This document shows positions 8,037 to 18,889 of a DNA stretch of 34,048 bases, piece after piece. A program made the position numbers and the translations under genes. The DNA is from Mageeibacillus sp. UBA1193 (lineage in GTDB: Bacteria > Bacillota > Clostridia > Saccharofermentanales > Saccharofermentanaceae). Below the pieces are notes generated by a model that was given only the letters and a program-made list of their open reading frames with translations, did not search any database and was not told where the DNA came from. Location of the stretch: NCBI GenBank assembly GCA_002310155.1, contig DBYF01000115.1, positions 11,734 through 45,781 on the forward strand, written 5' to 3'. Position 1 is the stretch's first letter, and the number at the start of each line of letters is the position of its first letter.

Positions 8037-9958
8037 ATGATTTTCTGATCGAGAATTTTACTAAGGCGCCAAAAGGGAAGAAGTCTATCGCAAGTCAGAT
8101 CGGTTTCTGTTTCGTCACGTCTCTGATCATTCTTTTTGTTGTGTCTTCCGTAGTCACCAATGTTTACCGTTCAGCACTTCAGTCACAGAGAAAGACGGCA
8201 TTGTCCTCTTTTGCCGCCAGTTCGTCAGTAGCGTTGTCCTGTCAGGATCTGACAGATAACATGTCTTTTCCTCTTGAGTGCCCGAAATATGATGGTCAGC
8301 ATCCTTATACAATTAATGTATATGTAAAAGCCGGAAATTCCTTTCTCCGTGTATATACTTCCGACCGCACTTATGATGAAGGCAAGCAGTATGTGCTTTC
8401 CGGTGCAGGTGAGGAGTACATGGAATCCTTTGAACAGCAGCAGCTCATCGTCACTCACAGAAGATCTGAGAATGTGATGTGTGTTACTTCCGTTGCTCCT
8501 ATTCTCGGTCAGGACGGAACTGCATCCGGTATTGTTGAGATCATGCTTCCGCAGTCGGATTTTGTGGCAACAGAGAATGGTATGTCTCTATCATGGCTGT
8601 TTACCATGATTTCTATCTCCGTAGCGATCGCCATCATTTACGGAGAGATGAGACGACTGTTTGATACACTTATCACGCCTCCTGATAAAACAGTTCCGAG
8701 AGCAGTTATGTACGGTATGTCGACATTCCGTCTTATCGCTTTCTTCTCCAGCGTGGGATGCTCTATGCCGCTGATCGTTCTGCCTTCTTATCTTAAGGAT
8801 TCTTTGGCTGACCAGTATGACAACGCGCTTGCGTTACAGACTTGGATCATTCTCGCATGTCTCCTTTATCTGGCGGGTTTCTGGAGATTTGTCCACATGC
8901 GTGACATGCTGATCCGTAAACTGACCTCCAGACTTGCCGTTATCGTCTGCGTGGTTATCGCGTTCGTACTGCTCCTGCTCTGTGGACTGATCAACAATCC
9001 TTATATGACTGTTTTCATGCAGCTTCCGATCGGATTCCTGCTGGGAATGACATTCCAGTTCCAGAGAGAGTATCGTCTTCAGGCTTCGAGAACAGGACTG
9101 GCTGATTTTTCTGAGAGAAAGGTGCACCAGTGCCAGTACACGGGAAATGTCCTGGGTATGTCGATCGGCGCGGTCATCTGCGGTATCCTGTATGAACGTT
9201 TCGGCTTGTTCACAGTACTGATGGTTGCGGCTTTCTTCCTATTCGTGGATGCGATCCAGGTGCTCTATTTCGTACGTCACTGCCCGCCGTCCAATGAGCC
9301 GGTCGTACGTCTGCCGAACTATTTCTATGCGTTAAAGAACACCAAATCCGGTACTTTTGCTTGGAGTACTGTTTTCCCGCTGGGACTTCAGCTTTCCTTC
9401 TTCCTCGTGTTTATTCCGGATTATCTTGAAAAGGTACGCATCTCGCTGGCAACATGTGCTTTCTATTACATGCTTGCAGTTGTATGCGGTGAGCTGATTA
9501 TGAAGATCCTGATCATCTGGTTTGAGGATTTCTTCTCTCATAAGGCAAGGATCACGCTTTCTGCGATCCTGAGCTCTGTCGGTTACCTGACATTCGCTCT
9601 TGCTCCTTCTGCTAAGATCCTTGTTATCGGAGTCACTTTCCTCGGTCTTTCCCAGGGCCTTCACCAGTTCGGATATCTTGATTACTACAGATCTCTTATC
9701 CGTCAGGATAAGCATCCGATCGCCCGAGTGATCCTGATGCGTGCGTTTACAGGCGGCACGATGATCGGTGCTGTGGTATTTGGACTTGCTAATGCTTTCA
9801 ATAGTGTTCGCGTGCCTATGATCGCGATCGCACTGATCATCTTTGTGATCTCGTCTTCCTATCCGCTGCTGATGCTCATGGATAATTCCTCTGCTCAGAA
9901 GCCGGCTGGAAAGCGTCCTCAACATCCGGGAATTACCGGTAGAAGCGGGGAGGTGTGA
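8033..9958 (+). CDS. Fusion protein: N-terminal TM-sensor-like-TM module plus polytopic MFS-like transporter body
   Basis: 641 aa, GGAGG at 8021-8025. TM1 is FCFVTSLIILFVVSSVV. A roughly 140-aa ectodomain ends in VTSVAPILGQDGTASGIVEIMLPQ. TM2 is LSWLFTMISISVAIAIIYG. About 11-12 further hydrophobic helices follow. Confidence 0.75.
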   Translation: MNDFLIENFTKAPKGKKSIASQIGFCFVTSLIILFVVSSVVTNVYRSALQSQRKTALSSFAASSSVALSCQDLTDNMSFPLECPKYDGQHPYTINVYVKAGNSFLRVYTSDRTYDEGKQYVLSGAGEEYMESFEQQQLIVTHRRSENVMCVTSVAPILGQDGTASGIVEIMLPQSDFVATENGMSLSWLFTMISISVAIAIIYGEMRRLFDTLITPPDKTVPRAVMYGMSTFRLIAFFSSVGCSMPLIVLPSYLKDSLADQYDNALALQTWIILACLLYLAGFWRFVHMRDMLIRKLTSRLAVIVCVVIAFVLLLLCGLINNPYMTVFMQLPIGFLLGMTFQFQREYRLQASRTGLADFSERKVHQCQYTGNVLGMSIGAVICGILYERFGLFTVLMVAAFFLFVDAIQVLYFVRHCPPSNEPVVRLPNYFYALKNTKSGTFAWSTVFPLGLQLSFFLVFIPDYLEKVRISLATCAFYYMLAVVCGELIMKILIIWFEDFFSHKARITLSAILSSVGYLTFALAPSAKILVIGVTFLGLSQGLHQFGYLDYYRSLIRQDKHPIARVILMRAFTGGTMIGAVVFGLANAFNSVRVPMIAIALIIFVISSSYPLLMLMDNSSAQKPAGKRPQHPGITGRSGEV

Positions 9959-9963
9959 TTCTT

Positions 9964-10692
9964 ATGGATATGTGGAATGAGAAACTGACTCGTGAGAATA
10001 TCGAGAATTTCTATGAGATGTATGCCGCTTTCGCTTATCGCTGCGCATATAAGAACCTGAGGGATACTACGCGTGCAGAGATGTGTGTGGTAGATGCATT
10101 TATCGATACATATCATAAACGTGCAAAGCTTTCCGAGGAGAAGGTAATTTACTACTTCTCCGATGCACTTCAGTATCATGTCAATGAACTGGCCAGCCGG
10201 TATCCTGTAATCAATGATTCAGCGCCGGCAGAGAAGAGCCTTGATGAATATACGGCTTCTACGATGAAGCATACGATCCTTGAGAAGATCGATTCGCCCA
10301 GATTCCGTATTGCAGAGTTTATGGCTTCTTCATCAGACAATAAAATCAGAAGAAATACTCCGCTTGCCGATTTCTTCCAGAATTCCGGAGTTACGGTCAT
10401 GCTTCTGATCAAGCTTGTTATCCTTGCGATCGTGATTGCGATCACCACATACTTCGGTGCAGTGACACTATTCCATGCAAACTATTTTATTCAGACCAGA
10501 ACGCAAAAAGGTACGTATAAACTGGATGAGTATATTGTCGGGATCCTGGATTATCTTCCGGTTTCCATCAATGGAAAAGGTGCTGTAACACCGGCTGTTC
10601 CGAAAGAGACGCAGGACACGTCAGCATCTGAAACATCAGATACGACACCGCCGTCAGAAACTCCGACGGAACCATCAGCGACACAGGGGTAA
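9964..10692 (+). CDS. Single-pass membrane protein with a sigma-70 region-2-like N-terminal domain and an S/T/P-rich C-terminal tail
   Basis: ATG 9964 lies 10 nt after GGGGAGG. FYEMYAAFAYRCAYKNLRDTTRAEMCVVDAFIDTY resembles sigma-70 region 2.1-2.2. No region-4 HTH is seen. TM helix VTVMLLIKLVILAIVIAITTYFGAV. Confidence 0.65.
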   Translation: MDMWNEKLTRENIENFYEMYAAFAYRCAYKNLRDTTRAEMCVVDAFIDTYHKRAKLSEEKVIYYFSDALQYHVNELASRYPVINDSAPAEKSLDEYTASTMKHTILEKIDSPRFRIAEFMASSSDNKIRRNTPLADFFQNSGVTVMLLIKLVILAIVIAITTYFGAVTLFHANYFIQTRTQKGTYKLDEYIVGILDYLPVSINGKGAVTPAVPKETQDTSASETSDTTPPSETPTEPSATQG

Positions 10693-10800
10693 AGTGCTTT
10701 TAGATTCTGACTAAAATGTAATGATTTTTCTTGGGGAAGAGGATTATAATCCCATCGTGCACGGAAGGTCGTGCCGGGATCACATAGTAAGGACGGAGAC

Positions 10801-12093
10801 ATGAAAGAGCAAACGAACGAAAGAGAAGTCCGCAGACCGGGTTCTTCAGACAAACAAGTACATGTTGAACATATTAATGCTAAAGGAAAAGTAGTTTCTC
10901 CTAAGAAGCAGAAGAAACAGAAGAAGCAGAAGAAACCATGGACGTTTAAGCGCGTGTTTTTGCGTATCCTTCTTCCTATCATTCTTGTTCTCGCGATCAT
11001 TGTCGGTGGTCTTTATATTGCTTTCCAGATGTATAAAGAGCATCTTCTGAATCAGATCGAATATATCCCGAGAGATACAAACCCGACGTTCATTAACGAA
11101 GAGAGCTCCATCGTTGAACTGTCTTCTTACACTACGCAGACATCCAATGCGATCATCGAGGAAGAAGGTATCCATAATTTCCTTCTGATCGGTATCGACA
11201 GCCGTTCGAAAAATTATACTAAGGATGGTACCGGAGCTCTTGCCGATGTTATCATGGTCATGAGTGTGGATGATGATGCCGGAACCATTAAGCTTGTTAC
11301 GATCCAGCGTGATTGTTACGCATATATTCCCGGACATTCTAAACCGCAGAAGATCAATGCGGCAATGAGTTACGGAGGTCCGGATCTTCTTGTCGCGGTT
11401 GTTGCCAACCATCTCCGTCTGGATATAGAGGGTTATGCCTATGTTAACTTCTATAATATGGAGAAGGTGATCGATGCCGTTGGCGGTATCGATATCGAGG
11501 TGACCAAATCTGAGGTCAACCATGTTCCAGGCGGACTGAATGAGAACCTTGCCGAGCAGAACCGCATCTTAGGTGTTGCCGAAGATACATATAAGGTTAC
11601 AGGTTCCGGTATGCTGCATCTGAACGGCCGCCAGGCTGTGGCATACAGCCGTATCCGCGAAGTCGGAAATGGTGTATACGGCCGATCTGAACGACAGGTC
11701 AAAGTTCTGAATTGTCTGCTTCAGACTTATTCGGATCTGGGAACGATGAAGAAGCTCTCTGCGCTGGAAGATATTCTTCAGATGGTCGCTACAAATATCT
11801 CTAAAGATGAGATTGAGGACTATGCTTTTGATTTCCTGCCGAAAGTACGCCAGATGGAGATCGAAACAATGGGTATCCCGATCGACGGTTATGCGCGTCA
11901 GGGCATGTTCTCAGATGTTCGTGCCAATGAGTGGAGTATCCGTCCGGACTGGAACGGAATGATACCGCTGGTGCAGGATTTCCTTTACGGCGAGAGGACA
12001 CCCTTTGATAAAGTTGATGAGATTCCGAAAGCGCCTGTACATGAATCCGAAGAAACACAAAAGAATAATTCTGCAGACGAGCCAAACGAATAG
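10801..12093 (+). CDS. LCP (LytR-CpsA-Psr) family cell-wall glycopolymer ligase
   Basis: NFLLIGIDSR...ADVIMVMSVD...IQRDCYAYIPG...KINAAMSYGGPDLLVAVVANHLRLDIEGYAYVNFYNMEKVIDAVGGIDIEV. Lys-rich cytoplasmic N-terminus followed by one TM. ATG 10801 follows AAGGACGGAG. Confidence 0.9.
   Translation: MKEQTNEREVRRPGSSDKQVHVEHINAKGKVVSPKKQKKQKKQKKPWTFKRVFLRILLPIILVLAIIVGGLYIAFQMYKEHLLNQIEYIPRDTNPTFINEESSIVELSSYTTQTSNAIIEEEGIHNFLLIGIDSRSKNYTKDGTGALADVIMVMSVDDDAGTIKLVTIQRDCYAYIPGHSKPQKINAAMSYGGPDLLVAVVANHLRLDIEGYAYVNFYNMEKVIDAVGGIDIEVTKSEVNHVPGGLNENLAEQNRILGVAEDTYKVTGSGMLHLNGRQAVAYSRIREVGNGVYGRSERQVKVLNCLLQTYSDLGTMKKLSALEDILQMVATNISKDEIEDYAFDFLPKVRQMEIETMGIPIDGYARQGMFSDVRANEWSIRPDWNGMIPLVQDFLYGERTPFDKVDEIPKAPVHESEETQKNNSADEPNE
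10903..10938 (+). repeat. 18-nt tandem duplication encoding KKQKKQKKQKKP
   Basis: aagaagcagaagaaacag (10903-10920) followed by aagaagcagaagaaacca (10921-10938), 16/18 identical and in frame in the LCP N-terminus. Confidence 0.85.
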
Positions 12094-12123
12094 TGATTTT
12101 CCGCTTTTTGTCTTTCTTTGATA

Positions 12124-12151
12124 TTGACATTCGCTGACTAAATGGTATAGT
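12124..12151 (+). promoter_or_regulatory. groESL sigma-A promoter
   Basis: TTGACA (12124-12129), 16-nt spacer, TGgTATAGT with the -10 hexamer at 12146-12151. Lies immediately upstream of CIRCE. Confidence 0.65.
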
Positions 12152-12161
12152 AGTATTTGAT

Positions 12162-12188
12162 TTAGCACTCGTGATAATCGAGTGCTAA
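12162..12188. promoter_or_regulatory. CIRCE operator (HrcA binding site)
   Basis: Perfect consensus TTAGCACTC-N9-GAGTGCTAA between the promoter and the groES SD. Confidence 0.95.
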
Positions 12189-12206
12189 TAAATTTACTGG
12201 AGGTGA

Positions 12207-12497
<291 letters not shown>

Positions 12498-12509
12498 GTC
12501 GAATTCTAG

Positions 12510-14138
<1,629 letters not shown>

Positions 14139-14161
14139 TCAGTTGATTTCTGATAAAATAG

Positions 14162-14196
14162 AGAGGTCATGGGAATCCCCCATGACCTCTATTTTT
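14162..14196 (+). terminator. groESL intrinsic terminator
   Basis: AGAGGTCATGGG (14162-14173) pairs with CCCATGACCTCT (14179-14190), followed by ATTTTTG. It ends 4 nt before the SD of the next gene. Confidence 0.85.
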
Positions 14197-14212
14197 GTTA
14201 AGGAGATCATAC

Positions 14213-14785
14213 ATGCGTTTAAATAACGAATTGATCATTGAGAAGATCGTGACCAAGCATCTTACCACGAAGGATAAGATCAGCCGTATTATCTTTATAG
14301 TGTGTGCTGTATTAGCGATCTTTCTAGTCAATTTCATTCCGCTTTTTTTCGGAATAGTCTATCTCTTCCTGCTTACGGTATCTCTTTCGTTCGGTATAGG
14401 TTATCTCTGCTATCTGATGGTAAGCGGTGTAACGAAGGAATATGAATACAGCATAGTGAATGACGAGTTTTCAATCGATGTGATTTCCGGCAAAAAGCGT
14501 CGTGCGCCGCTGTTTTCCGGTTCGATCCGCGAATTTGAAATGGTCGCGAAATTGAAGGACGAGAGACATCCTGTGTCTGAGTTTGACAAAGGTGTACTCC
14601 ATGGATACTGCAGTTCCGGCATCAATAAGGAAAATGAATGGTATATCGCAACAATGAGCGGGTCTCAGAAGGTGCTTTTGTTTATTGAACCGGATGAGAG
14701 GATGCTTCAGGCTTTCTTCCGATATAATCCAAGAAATACGATGTACCGTCCGACATCCAGACCTAACGGAAAAAAAGAGGATTGA
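14213..14785 (+). CDS. Hypothetical membrane protein with two adjacent TM helices and a soluble C-terminal domain
   Basis: ATG 14213 lies 7 nt after AAGGAG. Hydrophobic helices IIFIVCAVLAIFLVNFIPLFFGIV and LFLLTVSLSFGIGYLCYLMV. Confidence 0.65.
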   Translation: MRLNNELIIEKIVTKHLTTKDKISRIIFIVCAVLAIFLVNFIPLFFGIVYLFLLTVSLSFGIGYLCYLMVSGVTKEYEYSIVNDEFSIDVISGKKRRAPLFSGSIREFEMVAKLKDERHPVSEFDKGVLHGYCSSGINKENEWYIATMSGSQKVLLFIEPDERMLQAFFRYNPRNTMYRPTSRPNGKKED

Positions 14786-14787
14786 TT

Positions 14788-15543
14788 ATGCAGTATATAC
14801 CGGAAGAGGATCTATACAGATTTACGATTATCGGACCGGAGACGGATATTCACGACAGATTACACTATCACTGCTTATTTGCGATGCTTCAGGAGGCGGC
14901 CTGCCTTAACGCGGAGCGTCATGGCTTCGGCGCGGATAAGATGGATGAGCTTTCCGCCTGCTGGCTTTTGCTTCGTATGAAGGTAGAGATGGATGTGATC
15001 CCGAAGTGGAGGGATGTTATCTATATCCGTACATGGTCTCAGGGTTTTGAACGCCTGCTGTTTAACCGTGATTTCGATATTTTCGATGAGAATAAGAAGC
15101 TTATCGGACGGGCGACCTCTGTCTGGGTGATCGCACATCAGGGCGATCACCGTCCGGTACGTCCTACATCGATCCCGGGAATGGAAGTGTTCGTGACAGA
15201 AAAACCGTCCGAGCGTAAAGCGGAGAAACTTGCTGTGATTCCGGATGAGAAGAGAGCTGAATCCCCGAAATTCAAGCGTTTTGCCGATTACAGTCTGATT
15301 GACCGGAACATGCATGTAAATAACACCCAGTATATTGCCTGGAGCGAGGATGCCTGCTATTCCCAGATCCCACGTGAGAACAGCATCAAAGAGCTTACGA
15401 TCAACTATTCTTCGGAAGTTCATCCGGGCGAGGAAGTCCAGCTTTTCTGTACAGAGGATGAGGGAACCGTCATGGTCGACGGAATCGAAGTGCAGAGCGG
15501 CCGGCATGTCTTTTCGACCAGAATCATATCTTCGTCAAATTGA
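14788..15543 (+). CDS. Acyl-ACP thioesterase family protein
   Basis: Double hot-dog pattern: HYHCLFAMLQEAA...WLLLRMKVEM...IRTWSQG...ATSVWV and a second half with DRNMHVNNTQYIAWSED. The ATG is 2 nt after the upstream stop, with SD AAGAGGA. Confidence 0.8.
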   Translation: MQYIPEEDLYRFTIIGPETDIHDRLHYHCLFAMLQEAACLNAERHGFGADKMDELSACWLLLRMKVEMDVIPKWRDVIYIRTWSQGFERLLFNRDFDIFDENKKLIGRATSVWVIAHQGDHRPVRPTSIPGMEVFVTEKPSERKAEKLAVIPDEKRAESPKFKRFADYSLIDRNMHVNNTQYIAWSEDACYSQIPRENSIKELTINYSSEVHPGEEVQLFCTEDEGTVMVDGIEVQSGRHVFSTRIISSSN

Positions 15544-15557
15544 TATGATTTGCGGGT

Positions 15558-15585
15558 TTATCAATATGATTTTATAAGGTACAAT
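15558..15585 (+). promoter_or_regulatory. Possible internal promoter for the ABC cluster
   Basis: TTATCA (15558-15563), 16-nt spacer, TACAAT (15580-15585). Confidence 0.3.
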
Positions 15586-15615
15586 GTATTCGCATAAAAA
15601 GCGGAGGGCAGCGAA

Positions 15616-16551
15616 ATGATAGAAATATCGAACCTGGTAAAGTATTACGGAGATAAAAAAGCACTGAGCGGCGTCAGTTTTACTGTGGAACAGGGAGAGA
15701 TCCTCGGCTTCCTCGGACCGAATGGCGCTGGTAAGACTACCACGATGAATATCATTACCGGATATCTTTCTGCGACGAGCGGCAAGGTTACGATCAACGG
15801 ATACGATATCCTTGAGCAGCCTGAACTCGCGAAGAAGAATATCGGATACCTTCCGGAATTGCCTCCGCTGTTCATGGATATGACGGTAATCGAGTATCTG
15901 GAATACGTCAGTGAACTGAAAAAGGTTCCCAGAGATATCCGTAAAAAGCAGATATCTGAAGTTATGAAGATGGTACATATCGGTAATGTATCCGGCCGTC
16001 TCATTCATAATCTGTCTAAAGGATACCGTCAGCGTGTCGGTATTGCGCAGACATTGATCGGAAATCCGGAAGTTATTATCCTTGATGAACCTACAGTCGG
16101 TCTTGATCCGAGCCAGGTGATCGAGATCCGCAAGCTTATATCCCAGCTTTCCAAGACCCATACGATCATTTTCAGTTCACACATCCTGTCTGAAGTTCAG
16201 GCGATCTGTGACCGAGTGATCATTATCAATAACGGCAGACTCGTAGCTGATGCACCTACGATTGAGCTTTCTGCGCAGGTGGAGGGTAATTCCCATTATC
16301 TCCTTACCGTGGAGGGTTCTTTTAAATCCGTACAGATGCCGCTTCGTGCTGTTCCGGGAATCAAGTCTGTTTCATCACTTTCGGAGAGAAACGGTCTCCT
16401 GCAGCTGGATATTACGGCAGACGGTTCTCTGGATGTAAGAAAATCGATCTTTTTCGCACTGGCAAGGATCAATGTTCCGATCCTGGAATTCCGGTCGATG
16501 GCTCCATCACTGGAAGATGTCTTTATGGATATTACTGCTTCGAAGAAATAA
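15616..16551 (+). CDS. ABC transporter ATP-binding protein (ABC-2/GldA-like subfamily)
   Basis: Walker A GPNGAGKTT, signature LSKGYRQR, Walker B IILDEPTVGLD, H-loop SSHIL. Confidence 0.95.
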   Translation: MIEISNLVKYYGDKKALSGVSFTVEQGEILGFLGPNGAGKTTTMNIITGYLSATSGKVTINGYDILEQPELAKKNIGYLPELPPLFMDMTVIEYLEYVSELKKVPRDIRKKQISEVMKMVHIGNVSGRLIHNLSKGYRQRVGIAQTLIGNPEVIILDEPTVGLDPSQVIEIRKLISQLSKTHTIIFSSHILSEVQAICDRVIIINNGRLVADAPTIELSAQVEGNSHYLLTVEGSFKSVQMPLRAVPGIKSVSSLSERNGLLQLDITADGSLDVRKSIFFALARINVPILEFRSMAPSLEDVFMDITASKK

Positions 16552-16563
16552 GGAGAAGAAGAT

Positions 16564-17346
16564 ATGTTAGCAGTCTTTAAACGAGAGTTTCTATCTTATT
16601 TCCGTACCCCGGTCGGCTGGGTAGCTATCTGCCTCATGGGGATCATCAGCGGATATTATTTCACAGGTATGATCACGGCGACGTTCCCTTACGTCAACAT
16701 TGCACTTGAGATCAACTACATGCGGTCATTCTTCATTATCCTTATTCCGATCATCACGATGCGGTTGTTCGCTGAAGAGAAGAAGAATGGTACGGACGTA
16801 CTTCTTTATACCATGCCGTTCTCGATGAAGAATGCCGTGTTCGGAAAGTTCCTGGCAGCTTTTTCGCTTCAGGCCCTGATGCTGATCTGCGTATTCAGTC
16901 ACATGATCATTACGGTCATCCTTTCCGGATTCATTAGTTTTTCTGCATGGGGCGCGATCTTCGGGTACATGGTCCTTGCAGCGCTCTTTATCTCCATTGG
17001 AATGCTCACCTCGGCAATGACTGAGAATCAGATCATGTCAGCTGTTATCTGCTTCGTGATCATGCTGTTCATGAATATGCTTTCCACGATCGCGAACTCT
17101 TTTTCTTCGCTTGTGAAATCCATCCTGAAGTTTACCGGACTGTTTAATCTCTCCGATTCAGCGATCTACAATATTGGCGAGAACATTCGTAATGCCATTA
17201 GCTGGTTCGATCCTTTTGATAAGACGAACTGCTATACATCCGGTGTATTTAAGGTAGTTCCACTCGTTTTCTGCCTGAGTTTTACTTTCGTGTTTATTTA
17301 CATCACATACCGCGTTCTTGAAAAGAAACGCTGGAGCCAGAGCTGA
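16564..17346 (+). CDS. ABC-2 type permease (GldF-like), 6 TM
   Basis: 260 aa. N-terminus FKREFLSYFRTPVGWV is typical of ABC-2 permeases, and the protein is polytopic and hydrophobic. It starts 12 nt after the ATPase stop. Confidence 0.85.
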   Translation: MLAVFKREFLSYFRTPVGWVAICLMGIISGYYFTGMITATFPYVNIALEINYMRSFFIILIPIITMRLFAEEKKNGTDVLLYTMPFSMKNAVFGKFLAAFSLQALMLICVFSHMIITVILSGFISFSAWGAIFGYMVLAALFISIGMLTSAMTENQIMSAVICFVIMLFMNMLSTIANSFSSLVKSILKFTGLFNLSDSAIYNIGENIRNAISWFDPFDKTNCYTSGVFKVVPLVFCLSFTFVFIYITYRVLEKKRWSQS

Positions 17347-17363
17347 GAAGGGGGGATACGATT

Positions 17364-18878
17364 ATGGCAAAGAAAACTGCAACTGAAAGCATCCTCCGCG
17401 AGAAGCCGGGTAAGGCGCCTAAGATCAAGGTCAGTACGGATGAACGTTTTAAATCTTTAAAGTCTATATCGATCATCTCTGTAGTTCTTGTGATTGCGAT
17501 ATGTATCGTGTTCAACATGATCATTGATATAACACTGGACGATAAGCTGACTTTCGATACTTCTTCCGTTAAACAGTATTCTGTCAGCAGTATTACTGAG
17601 GAGTATCTTGACTCTCTTGAGAAGAAGGTTGAGATCATCGGTCTTTTTGATAAGAATGATACGTCACTCGAATGGAGAGACTATTTTGTCCCTCTTCTTG
17701 ATGATTACGAGTCAAAAGCAAATGGCATGATCGAACTTAAGTATGTTGATCCGAGTGTTGATCCGTTTATTATCGAACAGTTGGATCCGAACCGCATCTA
17801 CGGACTTCAGCAGTACACCTATGTTGTAAAGTGTGGAGATGTTCTTACCAGTATATATCCATATAGATGCTTCGAGTATGATACGGATATGCAGAATTAC
17901 TATGGTATCAACATGCCTGTGACGAACAGGGTCGAGGAGATCTTTACGGTAAACATCGTTTATGTTACTTCCGGCCGTCCGCTCCATGCCTACTATGTAA
18001 CAGGACATAACCTGCCGACACATAACCGTCTGGACGATATGTTAAAGACACTTGGTTTCGTTACCTCTGAGCTGGATCTTAAGTCAACCGGTTCTACGAT
18101 CCCGAATGACTGTGAGCTTCTGATCCTCCTGGAACCTAAGACGGATCTTACTCTTTCGGAAAAAGAGATCATGAAGACTTATCTTGATAACTCAGGAAAA
18201 ATGCTTCTGGTAAGTGATTTCAGTGACAATAAGACGACAGCGTTCACGAATCTGAATGAGGTTGCACGCCGTATGGGTGTAACACTTGAGCAGGGTGTGA
18301 TCCATGAGAATGATGGCGATTATCTGATGGATGTATCTGATCCTTACAGATCCATCGGTGTCGTGACATCAGAATATGAACAGTATCTGGGTGTTCCGTC
18401 GACGTATTCTGTTGAGAACTGCCGTTACATCAAGGTCGACCGTGATAAGGCGGAAACCATCTATGTATCTGCTCTTGTTACTACATCCTCTTCGGCTTCA
18501 GTAGATTTCCAGAATGAGCAGATCGATTCTGATGTTTCAGCGGGTATATATCCTGTCATTCTGCAGTGTGTAGATACAGAACCGAAGGATAGGGCCTGCC
18601 TGATCGTTATCGGAACTAAGGCCTTTACCTCGGACGAGTATTATACCGAAAAGACAATGGAAGATAATAATGCCGTGCTCATGAAGTCGATGATCCATGA
18701 TGTCTGCCCGGTTCAGTACAACCTTATTATTCCGAACAGACAGGTCCCGAGCTATATGCTCACTAAACCGCTTTCCTCTTCGCAGGCAACTATGTGGTCT
18801 GTCGTTGTTATGACTGTCATTCCTTTAGGATGCCTGGTCTGTGGCATTTACGTGTATTATAGAAGACGTCATCTGTAA
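17364..18878 (+). CDS. GldG-like ABC-transporter auxiliary protein with N- and C-terminal TM anchors and a large extracytoplasmic domain
   Basis: 504 aa. TM near residue 40 (ISIISVVLVIAICIVFNMII) and at the C-terminus (WSVVVMTVIPLGCLVCGIYVY). Its position directly after an ABC-2 ATPase and permease matches GldA/F/G-type clusters. Confidence 0.65.
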   Translation: MAKKTATESILREKPGKAPKIKVSTDERFKSLKSISIISVVLVIAICIVFNMIIDITLDDKLTFDTSSVKQYSVSSITEEYLDSLEKKVEIIGLFDKNDTSLEWRDYFVPLLDDYESKANGMIELKYVDPSVDPFIIEQLDPNRIYGLQQYTYVVKCGDVLTSIYPYRCFEYDTDMQNYYGINMPVTNRVEEIFTVNIVYVTSGRPLHAYYVTGHNLPTHNRLDDMLKTLGFVTSELDLKSTGSTIPNDCELLILLEPKTDLTLSEKEIMKTYLDNSGKMLLVSDFSDNKTTAFTNLNEVARRMGVTLEQGVIHENDGDYLMDVSDPYRSIGVVTSEYEQYLGVPSTYSVENCRYIKVDRDKAETIYVSALVTTSSSASVDFQNEQIDSDVSAGIYPVILQCVDTEPKDRACLIVIGTKAFTSDEYYTEKTMEDNNAVLMKSMIHDVCPVQYNLIIPNRQVPSYMLTKPLSSSQATMWSVVVMTVIPLGCLVCGIYVYYRRRHL

Positions 18879-18889
18879 GGAGCTGCCAT

